From Takakia lepidozioides (lineage: Eukaryota; Plantae; Bryophyta): a stretch of DNA of 64,000 nucleotides. Numbering within the stretch: the stretch's first letter is position 1; each line of letters starts with the position of its first letter. The notes under the pieces were generated by a model. The model made no database searches, had not been told where the DNA came from, and saw only the letters and a list, made by a program, of their open reading frames with translations. Made by a program: the position numbers and the translations under genes. Shown piece after piece: positions 12,737 through 29,474 of the stretch. The stretch spans positions 61,442,001 to 61,506,000 of the forward strand of contig CM060733.1 in the NCBI GenBank assembly GCA_030704615.1, read 5' to 3'.

Positions 12737-12960
12737 ACAGTCAGTAGCTCAGTTGGTTAAGTGCACTGAGTGCCACCCAGATAATTCTGGGGTCAAATCT
12801 TGCCATGGACAGGTGTGGTATACTCTTCTCCCCGGCTCCTGGGTGGTGTCCCATTCCTAGCCTTCATGGCGAAAGAGGTTATTTTCTCCTCTCACTATTA
12901 AGGGGCCTGATTTGTGAGCTGTCGCTCACAAGTGTTTCCCTTCTAAAAAAAAAAAAAAAA
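12737..12960 (+). mobile_element. tRNA-derived SINE (~225 bp)
   Basis: Pol III box A TAGCTCAGTTGG (12745-12756), degenerate box B GGGTCAAATCT (~12790-12800), a tRNA-unrelated body, then an A16 tail (12945-12960). No clear TSD. Confidence 0.7.
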
Positions 12961-15472
12961 CCACTCCAGTAGGCTACTCTTGTGTTGAACTGCTGAAGAT
13001 TGTTTGAGGTCCTAGTCATATGTATATTGAATTGGCTGAAATTTTGGCTGCAAGTGGTAGCAATTGCTCAACTGGTCGAGCCCAGACTTCTCGTTTTGGG
13101 AAATTCTTCTCGCTATCCCTCAAACTTTTACGTAATTGAACGACAGGACAAAGCAGCCACCACCAAAGCTTGACAAGAGTCTGAGCCTATGAAAGGGCCT
13201 TGGGTGAAGACTAGCACTGTGCCTAGTTATATACAAGGTAAAATCTTTGTGACAGATGCTCGTATACTCTCGCCACGGGAGGACAATGCCAGCTGAAGAG
13301 GTTCAGAGACCGAGCCAAAGAGAGAGTCGCAATGGCTAAAGTACTTCGCGAGATTAAGGGGCAGAGGGAATTTTTGAGGCAAATCTAATGCTTGATCTAA
13401 GCTGCTTGGCGCAAATGTAATATTATCAGGGAACATATATATTCAAATAGTTCCCTCGGATTGCATGGCTTGCTAATGGATAGCTCCAGAGTAAGGTCCG
13501 TAGGACAACCTCTATGACGTATGTGGGGAAGTTTTATGTGGAGAGTGGGTGGATTGCGAGATCGCCACTATGTCCGATCAGCGAGACAGTCTTATGACCT
13601 TGTGCTCGGGTTATGTTTTCCCGTTCGCCTTCATTACATATGCTTTAAAGGGCCTTCGTCCAAAAGAGAAAGAACAAAACCTACACCCTAACTTCTCTAG
13701 GTCAGCTCATTATTTCTCTCTTCCCAAGTCCAAGTTCTTTAGGGGAGGAGAGGCAGCTCTTTTGCTAGTGCTCTTTGGTGGTGGATGTTGGAATATTGTT
13801 CCAGAAAAGGTGGCTTGTAATCACAAGGCTAAGTCGAGTGCTAAGCAACCACACACAGTTGAGTCAGATTACTGAATCTCTCACAATTCGTCCGAATTGT
13901 TTAAACAAGAGAGCACCATACCTGCGAAGAAAGACTCAGCTTTGTGAAAAAAGTGAATACGTGTGAGATCATAACCACATTAGCACCCACACTTTTCCCT
14001 GCTTCAAAGATATCACTTGCTGTTCCTGGTACCCCCTGCCATGCCCATCCTGCCATGCTCAAGAGTCCAGCAAAATCTGCCATTAGAGAGAAGTATTAAG
14101 ACCATGTCTGAAGTGAGAGAAAGAGAAGCATGAGCATACGTGGTCACAGAAGAGACATTCCTTGCTGCATGCAGCCCACTTGGAAATTCAAAAGATTCAC
14201 AATGATGATGGCTTCTTCTTTATCTAGCTGACTACGGTCGATACGTCGATACTATACCCCTTAGTACGAACAAAGATCTCTTCTGGCGACTGAGGAAGAC
14301 GATCATCACCGAACCTAAGGCCGAACCACAGCAACTACGAAGTTGCAGCTTTGCCAAATTTATTCACTAAGAGATCTCTCTGCTTTTATGGTCAATCAAT
14401 TAGAACAACCAAGTTACATCACCACCCTCCTGGCGGAAATGAGCGCCTCTCGAAATACTGCCGACAGAAATTCGGTTTGAAGCTTCCAATACAAATCCTG
14501 GAGGGAACCACGGCAAGTGCTGCAAACACATTGCAGAAGGGTCTCAAGATGGACCCTTCTCCTGTACAATCAGCCTCTGAAAAGGCAGAATAAGACAGGT
14601 GCTCTTAACGTCCCCACTACCTCATACCTAGTTCATAGCAAGCAAGAGCCGTAACAAATATGTGAGGGGTTGGGTGGTTTGGGTGTTGGGGCCCTGCTGC
14701 CACTGTCATGATGAGGCTCTCACCTTCTTCCTTCCTTCCTGCTTCCGACGTCTCACAGGATGGCAACCCACCCTGCCGAGCTCTGGAGCGCGCAGGTAGA
14801 GGCCCCACCCGAGGCACTGCTCTCTGCTTGCTGTGTCTTGATTGTGCTTTTTGGACTGGATCGCAACTCCAGGTCTTACGTTAAGGACAATTTCCCTGTT
14901 CACTACTCATTGGGGAATGCAAGGAGGTTGCTGGAAAGAAGGTAGTTCCGGATTGTACCCTGTTTGAAATGTCTTTGTATGAAATATGCTTGAGCTATGG
15001 TGGTTGTTACCTGGTCTATGTGAGGCTGGGGTTGAAGCTATGGCTGCTCCTACTGGTGGTTTCACAGAGGAGTCCAAGATCTCCGGACCATCAGCACACT
15101 TCCGAGGTCCTGTGGATTGGAAGTTGGTCGAATCTCCCTGGGCGAAGGCCGAACTTTTTTCCATGATACAAGGAAGAGCACAATCTGGTGATGATTCTAA
15201 TGTGAAGACACGCAATGAAGCTCCATGGCGAGAATACAATGGGTATGGTTTCGATGAAGGCTATGATTCGAGCGTTCCAACTCCAGCATATAAACTTGGT
15301 ACAGTATAATTTCAATTGCCAAGATTGCAGTAGCTTTTGAACCCTGTCAATATGCAGCGAGGAGCCTGACCTCATGAATGGATCTTCTCTGTATGTTTCT
15401 GGAGGAGCTTTGAGATCAATTCTGTCAGTTTGCGTCTAAAGGTTTGTAACTAAGAGTTTTGAGTCCTGTAGG

Positions 15473-17692
15473 ATGGCACGGTTTAGTCATTCACAATTAC
15501 TTCTATCAGGCACCCCCGCAGCTTTCACTGCCATTGACAGAGGACGAACAAGAATCAACAAAAACTCTCCTGGCACTTGTGGGGATGTGAGGACACTGTG
15601 TAAGGCGGGACAACTGAAAGACGCACTGCACATGTTGAACCAACTATGTATTCTGGCAGACTGCAACACTTACGTCTGTCTGTTGCAGGAGTGCATCAAA
15701 ATTAAAGACCTAGCAGCAGGAAAGTACGTGCACGCCCATATTATCCAAACTGGATTCAAGCCAAACATCTTTTTGCTTAACACCCTTGTCAACATGTATG
15801 CCAAGTGTGGGAGGGTGGTGGATGCACGACAAGTGTTTGAGAAAATGTGGGAACGAAATTTGTTTACATGGACCATAATGATATCAGGATATGTCAAGCA
15901 TGGCTATGGTAGGGAGGCTTTTGAAATGTATGGTTTAATGCGATGCCAAGGGGTGACTCCAGACAAGGTCACATTCATTTGTGTTGTCAATGCATGTGCC
16001 AGCCTAGGAGCCTTGGAGAGGGGTAAAGAGGTTCATGTTGACATCAGAGAAGCTGGAATTGAATCAGATATTGTTCTAGAGACTGCCCTTGCTGACATGT
16101 ACGCCAAATGCGGGAGCATGAAGGATGCGCGTCAAGTGTTTGACAGTATGGCTAAACGAGATGTGGTCTCATGGAATGCAATGATGGCAGGATATGCTCA
16201 GCATGGGTGTGGTACAGAGGCTCTTGAGATGTATGAGCAAATGATACGGGAAAAGGCGATGCCCAACAAGGTCACGTTCATTTGCGTTCTCAATGCCTGT
16301 GCTGCCCTAGGAGCTCTGGAAAAGGGCAAAGCTATCCATGCTAACATCATCGGGGCTGGAATTCTGCCAGATATGATTCTCGAAACTGCCCTTGCTGACA
16401 TGTATGCTAAATGTGGAAGCATGAAGGATGCACGGGAAGTATTTCACAGCATAGCTCAACCAGATCTGGTCTCATGCAGTTCCATGATAGCAGGATATGC
16501 TCAGCATGGGTTTGGGAGGGAGGCTCTTGAGATCTATGCGCAAATGCAGAGCAAAGGAGTGACAGCTGACAGAGTTGCATTCATTTCCGTTCTCAATGCC
16601 TGTGCTAGTCTGGCAGCCCTGGAAAAGGGCAAAGAGGTTCATGCTGACATCGTCAAAGCTGGAATTGCACCAGATATCATTCTCGAAACTGCCCTCGTTG
16701 GAATGTATGCCAAATGTGGCAACATGAAGGATGCACGTCAAGTGTTTGACAGCATGGGTGAACAGGATGTGGTCTCATGGAACACAATGATAGAAGGCTT
16801 TGCTCAGCTTGGGTGTGGTAGGGAGGCCCTTGAAGTGTTTGAGCAAATCCAACAGGAAGGCTTGAAGCCGAACGCGAGCACATTTATCTCTCTTCTCTGT
16901 GCTTGTAGCCATGTGGGCCTAGTGGCTGAAGGTCATCACTACTTTTATTCCATGTCCCAAAATCATGGCATTGCCCCAACAATGGAGCATTTTGGCTGTA
17001 TGGTGGACCTTCTCGGCCGCGCAGGAAGATTGAATGAGGCACAAGATTTTATAAACAAAATGCCAGTTGAACCAGATGCTGCAGTGTGGGGCCCCTTGCT
17101 TGGTGCATGCAGGATTCACGGCAATTGGAAGTTAGCCGAATTAGCGGCAAAATGCCTTCTCAAGTGGAATCCACAGCATGCTGGAACTTATGTGCTGCTA
17201 TCGAACATCTATGCTGCAGCTGGCAGGTGGGGTGATCAAGCTAAGGTGAGAAAAATGATGGACGACCAGGGTGTGCAAAAGGAGCCAGGCCGCAGCTCCA
17301 TTGAGGTGGACAACCAAGTGCATACATTCGTTGTAGATGACAGGTTGCATCCACAAATAGATGAAATTCATGTGGAGCTCAAAAGATTGTCTGGACCAAT
17401 GAAGGAGGCTGGGTATGTACCTGATACGCGTTTTGTTTTGCATGATGTGGAGGAGGAGCAAAAAGAATTTTCTCTTTGCTACCACAGTGAGAAACTGGCC
17501 ATAGCTTTTGGACTCATCAGTATGCCCCCTGGGACACCTATCCGCATCATCAAGAACCTCCGGGTATGTGGTGACTGCCACACTGCCACCAAGTTGATCT
17601 CGAGGATTGTCGGCCGAGTAGTTGTTGTGCGAGATGCCAACCGCTTTCACCGCTTCCAAGATGGGGTTTGTTCTTGTGGGGATTACTGGTGA
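15473..17692 (+). CDS. PLS-class PPR protein with E1/E2 and complete DYW cytidine-deaminase domain (organellar C-to-U editing factor), intronless, 739 aa
   Basis: L-S-(P-L-S)x3-P2-L2-S2-E1-E2 array, PG box ([10 protein letters not shown]), [14 protein letters not shown] and C-terminal CSCGDYW. Confidence 0.96.
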   Translation: MARFSHSQLLLSGTPAAFTAIDRGRTRINKNSPGTCGDVRTLCKAGQLKDALHMLNQLCILADCNTYVCLLQECIKIKDLAAGKYVHAHIIQTGFKPNIFLLNTLVNMYAKCGRVVDARQVFEKMWERNLFTWTIMISGYVKHGYGREAFEMYGLMRCQGVTPDKVTFICVVNACASLGALERGKEVHVDIREAGIESDIVLETALADMYAKCGSMKDARQVFDSMAKRDVVSWNAMMAGYAQHGCGTEALEMYEQMIREKAMPNKVTFICVLNACAALGALEKGKAIHANIIGAGILPDMILETALADMYAKCGSMKDAREVFHSIAQPDLVSCSSMIAGYAQHGFGREALEIYAQMQSKGVTADRVAFISVLNACASLAALEKGKEVHADIVKAGIAPDIILETALVGMYAKCGNMKDARQVFDSMGEQDVVSWNTMIEGFAQLGCGREALEVFEQIQQEGLKPNASTFISLLCACSHVGLVAEGHHYFYSMSQNHGIAPTMEHFGCMVDLLGRAGRLNEAQDFINKMPVEPDAAVWGPLLGACRIHGNWKLAELAAKCLLKWNPQHAGTYVLLSNIYAAAGRWGDQAKVRKMMDDQGVQKEPGRSSIEVDNQVHTFVVDDRLHPQIDEIHVELKRLSGPMKEAGYVPDTRFVLHDVEEEQKEFSLCYHSEKLAIAFGLISMPPGTPIRIIKNLRVCGDCHTATKLISRIVGRVVVVRDANRFHRFQDGVCSCGDYW

Positions 17693-19335
17693 AACAAGCA
17701 TCTCCATAAGAGGTGGCCTACTTGCTGCTTGCGGGAGGGAAGGTCATATTCTGCCTTTTTCCTTCTTAGTAATTCAGTAGTATGAAAGAAATAATTCGTG
17801 TCATTGAATGTGGCAGGCAGTATTGCACTTTCTGCAAATAATGATTATGTACTCATGTACGATTAATGAACAGCAACAGTGTATGCAGAGAGTTACTGGA
17901 TAGGCAGGGAAGTACAAATTCTACCTAACATGGAATCATGTGCTCTCTTGCAGACAGAACTTTGGGAGCTGTGAATGTTTTCCTCTGAGAAAGAAGAAAC
18001 AGAAAAGGTGGCTGGCCTTATTAGCTCAAACCAGTTCATAAGTTTGTCTCAACCCAAAATATTGGCAGGTCTACATGGATTCCTGTATGCTGAGCCTGGG
18101 ATCTTCATTTGAACCATCCAAGGGCCTAGGATTGGATGGACAGAGGTCAGAGGGAACAAATATTTTCCAATGTTCTTTCTGAAAACTGGGGATCCACACT
18201 TCTCAACCACAACTGCCAAGGTCCCAGGGAGGAACAATTGTTTCCATGACAAGGTGGGAGTCCAATAGCGATGGGAATTAGTGGCTCCCATATTGAAGTG
18301 TCTATTAAGTTGTGGACCTGCGATTACTGAATATGATGGGCAGGAACCTCATTCCATAGCTTGAATATTCACTTTCCTAGAGCTGGACCAAGCCTTTGTC
18401 ATCCCATATGCAGGACCTCATAGGGTGGTGGAAATTCACAGCATTGATAGGGCTCCCATTATTATCATTCAAGTCGGGAAGAGGTGCTCCTAAGTTTTTC
18501 ATCTAATCCATTCACGGCAACCCCCTCTTGCAAAGTACCTGTCCCCTTGTTTTTCAGGGCGTGTTCAGTCTCTGTATACAGCAGCAACTGAGTGGGATTG
18601 CCTGTGCAGTTGGCTCAGCTGGGCCATCCTTCTGAAGACGGGGTCACCCTGCCAACCAGCCCTGCGGGTATCCCTGCCAGCAGAGAGCATGAACCTACCC
18701 ACCAGCTAGATACGGACTAGATAGCGTTCAAGAGGAGGGGGAATACTGGATGTAGCAAGGCAAAAAAAAAAAGCTATGGACCCAAACCTGGTGGAAGGCC
18801 AAACCTCAAAATGGAAGTGCCTCAAGATGCTTCTGTCCTCACAAGGTCGCAAGAATGAGTGTGGTTTGCTGAGTAAAGAGGCGGCACCAGCGTGAGGGAA
18901 TCACCAACAGGTTCCAGATCATCTAGGTAGCCATCACACATAGCACAACACACATGTACATCAAGAATGAACACCAAGATGTCATTCCAATATCCCTAAT
19001 TTATACCCAAATCCGAGGTCACATACCCAACAACAACAAGCCCTAATTCTCTTAAATGGTTGATCCTAACTGCAAAAGTGATGTCCAAAGAATTTGAACA
19101 TGGCAGGCAAGACACATATATGACCAGTTTGGTTAGACATAGCTGACTTTGCAGTTTGGCTCTTAGAGATCAAGTTAGGGTTAAGTTCAAAAACTAAACA
19201 AGAACGTTGGGTTTCAAGAGCTGAGCCGGTTTGTAAACCAAATTCTGAATCCAAGCTTAGGTGACAACAGTCTGTGAGAGAGATGGGTTAGTGGAGGGGT
19301 TCCAGGAGAGCAATTGCGTTTTGCATTCAGGAAGA

Positions 19336-23612
<4,277 letters not shown>

Positions 23613-24528
23613 CAAACAGCTTCCCACCAGACACTAGTTAATTTTAGTCTAGTTAGATGTAGTGTACAGCACTGCTGATGGGTCCATGGAGATAAAGGTG
23701 TCTTCTTCCTGTAGTTATAATACTCTTTGGTTGGGACCTGACTAAAGCAAGGTGTGTGCACGTGTACGAATACATGAATAAGAAGAATGAAGAGAAAAAT
23801 GAAAAGACAGCATCCTGGAGTTGTTGGCAACTTTGGGTGGCACCCCACTTGCCCACCCTCCCCCTGAGGGTGCTTGTGGGCCCTTGGAATTATATCTGGT
23901 GAAGTCAGAAATGTGAATGAAAAGATGTCAAATTATGTAGAAGTGGGTTATCAAGTCTGGCTTGTGTTGATGTTTTATTATCTATGTATGTCCACAGATG
24001 CAAATGGGCAAAGTAGGGGTGTGCAAGTAGAGTGGCAGCATGACTGGACCTTGGGATTCAAGAGTAGCATTGCACCATATGAACATTGGGGTCATTGGCA
24101 GCATCATCCCCTTTGAACTCTGCTCGTGTTTAGTATGGAGGCAATTTTCACCTAGTGCCATGTGTGCAGATCCCCCCTTTACAAGCCTGAATCCCCTGAG
24201 AATTTTTTTTGTCTTGGATGCTTTAATTGAAGGTAGTTTTTGAATTATCTCTAAAAGACATTAAAATTGGGCCAAGCTGACAATGGTCGCTTTGCCTTCA
24301 ATGCTTCGGGTCACTCGGTGTTTGGCTTTTGCCTGTTCTCTCTTTGGTCTGTTTGGGCTCATCCTTCTTCACCCTTGGGTGTCTAACCAGCCATATGGCT
24401 TCTTTGGGGTTTTAAAATTCTTCCACTTTATCAGTAAAATCAAATGGGAATATGTACCCCAAACGTCCGAAAAATCAAATCAGCTAGAGGCGAGCCGACG
24501 CTTAAGCGGCTGTCCGAATAGAAGTGGC

Positions 24529-24725
24529 AGCATGCATTGGGCCCACATGGCCATTGCATGCCCCTTCAAAGTGGCTATTGCATGTGGGGCGCACATGGCT
24601 ATTGCATGCAACATCTAGCAAGCTGACTCAACTCAACTAGCGTGGCTATTTGCATTGGGCCCACATGGCTATTCCATGCCCCTTGAAAATGGCTATAGCA
24701 TGCGGGGCCACATGGAATCCATGCC
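24529..24725. repeat. Two ~78-bp copies built from TGGCTATTGCATG-like subrepeats
   Basis: tgcattgggcccacatggc(c/t)att(g/c)catgcccctt(c/g)aaa(g/a)tggctat(t/a)gcatg(t/c)ggggc(g/c)cacatgg at ~24533 and ~24651. Confidence 0.85.
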
Positions 24726-27273
24726 AAGGAATGCTAGGGAAGGTTCTAGATGGGAGGTGATTTTGGCAAGGTATAGCCCAAGTGGGAGCTCAGGCAAGGA
24801 CCAGAGGGTGCAGGAGGATTGAGGGTTCGAGTAGGGTGGGTGATTTCAAGGTGCGGGAGGAGTGGGCCTAGGTCTACGTGCAGACTGCAGACAAGGAGAT
24901 GGAAGGATTTTGGAAGAGGGTGGTTTTCTTGGGGCGGAAGGGTTGCTTGGTGCTGTGCTGATCCGCACGACATGACTTGAGGGATGTATTGTAAATAAGT
25001 GGCGTACCAGTTACTACTGATCCACGGGTGAGGTCTGTAGTCCCCTTGCTTATTACATGCGATGTAAAGACTGTTGATGTAACGACGAACCGACGAGGTT
25101 TTATGCCGACTTGTATTATTATTATGTCATGCTCTCCGTATTGAAGGCTAAATTTTCTGCTCAAAATTACATCTCCAACGCACTTGGCTGTATTCCATTG
25201 TGACGCGATACGCCTCTACACCGAATTTATATGACATTCGAAAGAGAATATGTACCTGTACCCAGTCTAACAAGATGGTACGCCGGTTTTCGACAGTAAC
25301 TACACTTGGGTGACACTGGGTTACACCTAAGGGAGTGTAACTCCAATTGGTACAACTCACTATCCAGGGTTGGGCAACTGATTTCAAGTTAAAGCAAAGT
25401 TGTCTCATCGTGCAAGGAAGGAGGTGAGGTTTTGATAAAGGTAATTCTCTTGTTTTCATGCTAAGATTCCTTTTGTGTGTGTGAGAGGGTTATTGTTAGG
25501 GGATTTGCCAAGGTTTGACCAAGTGGCAGCACTACATGTGTTGGCCAAATTGGATTGTTTTGGCTTATTGGATGAGGGATCCAAGGGGATGAAGTCTTAC
25601 TAAACTTGCCTCCCTCTTTGACATCTATGATATGACGAAAGTACCTGGTAACCAGTGATTGCATGTAGTGCTTAAGCAACCAAGAAAGTCAATTTTCTAA
25701 AAGTTACACCATTTTTTCACTGCAAGGGTCTTATATTTTGAAAGTCAAAGTATGGCACTGGGCGTTTAAGGGTTAAGCAAGATGGTTTGTATATTTTGTT
25801 TTGTTTGTCATGTTGATATCTCCTCCGCCAGGGTTCTTAATACAGCTAAAGCCCTCAATGAGTAGGGGTGCATCGAGGTGGTTTCATAAATTTTGAACTT
25901 ACAATGTGGGAGATATTGAATTTCAGGTAATTTTTTGTCACTAAAAATTCATGAAAATTAGCCAAGAGTGACGACCCGCATGTGGTCCCCGTCTCCATCC
26001 CCACACCCCGCATCGACTAATTAAGTTAAAACACTTTCTCATTTGATGATCTGCACGTTCATGCACTGCCCCGCATTTGGGTTGTGTCCCACTCCTCGTG
26101 GGGCCCCCTCGCATGCTGTGCTGGTTTTTCATCCATGTGGATGGGCCTTCACCTTCCATAGTCTGTTTGCTTCATGGCCCCCTTAGTTGGTTTTATTTTT
26201 TCCTATGTTAATAAAATTCGAAGGCTACCTCTGACCCCTCTTAAAAAAAAGAAAAAAAGAAAAATAGGAGATGTTCCTGGTTTTCCTTCAGGCAAGGCAT
26301 ACTTGCTCTTTGATTGCAGGTTCTTCAGTTCTGCTTTTCCTCCCAGGACCTGTTCTTGTTCACATAGTAGCTGGTGAACACCTTCCATGCACATCTGTTG
26401 CATATTTTGGGAAGGCCCTCTTTCTTTTACTATTAGATTCTTAGGCTTTCAATCTTGTTAGTCTGTTCAGATGTAGTACCATACCTTCCAACTCCAGGAA
26501 CTTGGCTCACTGATGATATCAGGGCTGGATTCTAGTTTTGTCCTGCCCCCGGTGGCTTGTTAGGGTGTTACCCAATCTTCCAAGATGTAAAGCCTCATGG
26601 CCTCCTGTCCTGCTTATTTTTTCCAGGACATCTTCATTAATATGATTTAAAGGGCTGCCTCCCCCTTTAAAAAGAAAAAAAGTCAAAGAAAATGCGAAAA
26701 TACCATTTACATACGATGGGCAATTGGCATTGTTTGAAGTTTCCTTTGTCGACGGAATGTAGCTCTTGTTTTTGACGGGCACCTTTTTTGGTTGAAGAGC
26801 AAAACGTCGGGAGGGGCAGGGAGGGGGTGAATGAGCCGGCTCAGGAAGAAGAAGGGCTGATGCTCGCATCCCTCCCAGTGAGATGGATACAAAGCAAAAT
26901 TGAGCAGCAGTCCTTGTAGTCCTTGACTTGAATTGGAGTACACACGCACAGGATGGAGGACATATGGCCAAGGCGTGTGTGTGGGTTTGGAAGGTGGGAT
27001 GGAGTGGCCATCCGCACAGGTGCCTGCTGCTCAAGCGGCACGAGAAAGTCGTGGGGAGACGCATGACAGTACAATCCTTTGTTGAGGTCAATTGAAGGAA
27101 AATTCTCAGCATCAGAAACTGTTTATGAATGTGGTACTCTGGGTAGTCAGATTCAGCCGGGGTGATGACGATATAGTGACCCTGCATAAAGCCTTTTGTT
27201 GGGCAAGCTTGAGCCTTGTTTGTGTTTTATGGGGATGTCCACAAATTGCAGGGGTGCAATTTGAGGTCGGAAA

Positions 27274-29474
27274 ATGGCATACCGGGGGAATTCGGGGGTT
27301 GTAGCGAGATGTCAAAGCTTGAGCGCCATTTATTTCTCAGCGAAAAGCTTGACTACGAAGGTTCAGTTCTTTGACAATACCCAGCAGAAAATAGGTAGCC
27401 ACATTTTGCAAACTGAGAATGTGGAAAGTTTGTTTTCGGGGATGACCTTCAAGGAGCTTCTCAAATCGCTATTGAATCTTGAATTGGTTGCCTATGAGCC
27501 TGTCGTGAATCGAAGTATCAAAGTTCTCACGTCTCCGTTGATGAAATATGCTATATACAGAGCACCCGTGCTGTTCATTGTCAAGAGAACTGCTCATTCT
27601 CACTTCTGTGCGGGAGAGGATGTCGCTGAAGCTACAGAAACTTTGAGGAGGATGTGGGAGCTTGGGCTGAGAGGCATTATGGATTACGGTTTGGAGGACG
27701 CCACCGATAACCTGCGGTGCGACAAGAACCTGGTCGAATTTCTCCGCACGATTCATGAAAGCCACCAACTGCCAGCTGGATCGGTAAGGGACGACGTGCT
27801 TTGCATGATTAAAGTCTTCCACCTTGCATACAAAACTCAGCAGTGGGAAGCACATGTTGCAATCTCTTTTTATCAGGAAATCAGGAAGTCAGGAAGTATG
27901 TTGCGCGCGGCGTATTGCCCCTCCTTACTTCTAAATTGGTGTGTGGCACCTGTAATGGCTTCAGGTGAGCTTTGCAAAGGTGAAGACCACTGCAATTTGT
28001 CCAATTCAACTCTTGGAGCGAGTAAGTGACCTGTTACGGTGGCGTCATAAGAACAACGGGTTTAAGCTGCCATGGGACGTACATGTGGGATTGCCTGTGC
28101 TGGCAGCAGACAGTCCCACATACCATGTGCAGTCAGTGCCAGAGCCGCTGACAGGACAAGAAGAGCAAGACTGGACTCTTGCCCAGCAGCGGCTATGGAA
28201 GCTTTGCGATGCATGTGGACAAGTGGGGCTGCCACTGTTGGTGGATGCTGAGTACACGTCCGTGCAGCCAGCCATAGACTACCTTACTTATGCTGCAGCA
28301 CTGGAGTTTAACAAGGGCTGCCATTCCATGGTGTATGGGACACTTCAGTCGTACTTAACAGATGCGTTTTCGCGCCTTACCCTTGGTCTGAAATGGGCGT
28401 CTGAGCACCAACTCTCATTAGGGGTGAAGCTTGTGCGAGGAGCATACATTTCCAGAGAAATTGCTCAGGCGGCGTCTTTGGGCGCCTCTTCTCCCATTCA
28501 CTCCAGCATACATGAGACACACTGTTGCTATGATTCATGTGCTGCACTCTTGCTGCAACATGCTGCATCTAGACAGGCTTGCGTGGTGCTTGCAACACAT
28601 AACATGAACTCTGGTATACACCCTTCTCTATCTCAGGATATTATTCAGATTGCAAACAACTTAATTTTATCTAGCACATCACAGGCTTATAGTTGTGGCG
28701 ATCATGCATGATGTTCATTTGCAACAGGAGCTGTTCAATGATCTTTGTTTGTTGTGGGGATGATTGTGGTGCCAATTTTGAGTGCATGAAAGAACATACA
28801 AGTGGGGAGAAACAGACTGGTTACTTCAGTTCCAGAAGCTTGAGGACTGAAGTCTGAGGATGTCGCCTTGTATGGGAGGATTTGCAGGGAGAGCAGCAGC
28901 ATCCAAAGCAGAAGAACTGGGGTTTTCAAGGAGTGATCCAAGGCTGCAATTTGCCCAGCTCATGGGCATGGCTGATGTTCTATCATTGTCGTTGGCACAG
29001 GCGGGCTTCCAAGTGAGCAAGTGTGTTCCGTTCGGGCCAGTGTCCCAGGTTGTCCCTTACCTTGTGAGACGTGCGGAAGAGAACAGGGGCCTGCTCGGCA
29101 ACACTCTGGCAGATCGCAGGTGTCTCAGGTATTGGTCTTCCACACTGCAAGGAAAATGGCTGCCATTTTGGGTTCCCATTTGTATGATTTCAAATGTTTC
29201 AAGTCCTCAGTGGTTGTAATAACTTTGCTACTGAAGCTGATATTCTACCATAGAATCACACCACATGCACCCTAAAGCAGCAGAGACACAACAAGTGATA
29301 ACATGTGCATTAGGTAGTGGCAGTGAAATTTTGCATGTGGGGCCAATGTTGTTAGCATGCAGGAACAGCTTCATTTTCTCCATTGCAATGGTCTGTTAAT
29401 GCCCTAACACCGTAGTGGGCATGGTGGTGAACAGACAGGAGTTGCAGCGCAGGCTGCAGTTAGTAGGCGCCTGA
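27274..29474 (+). CDS. ProDH: Proline dehydrogenase (proline oxidase), mitochondrial, 4 exons
   Basis: Exons 27274-27783, 27965-28613, 28888-29128, 29435-29474. Motifs HFCAGED, GLRGIMDYGLEDA, KTTAICPIQLLERVSDLLRW, LLVDAEYTSVQPAIDY, GVKLVRGAY, VLATHN, FAQLMGMAD, PFGPV..VVPYLVRRAEENRG. Confidence 0.94.

Noticed and set aside
12745-12810. tRNA gene
   Set aside because: No cloverleaf or acceptor stem; it continues into an unrelated body and poly(A), so it was called a SINE.
14986-15309. 107-aa ORF upstream of the PPR gene
   Set aside because: No recognisable domain, and separated from the PPR ORF by stops; may be UTR or a decayed N-terminal extension.
25863-26185. hAT-like MITE beginning TAGGGGTGCA with CCCGCA repeats
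   Set aside because: Right end is poorly matched and there is no TSD.
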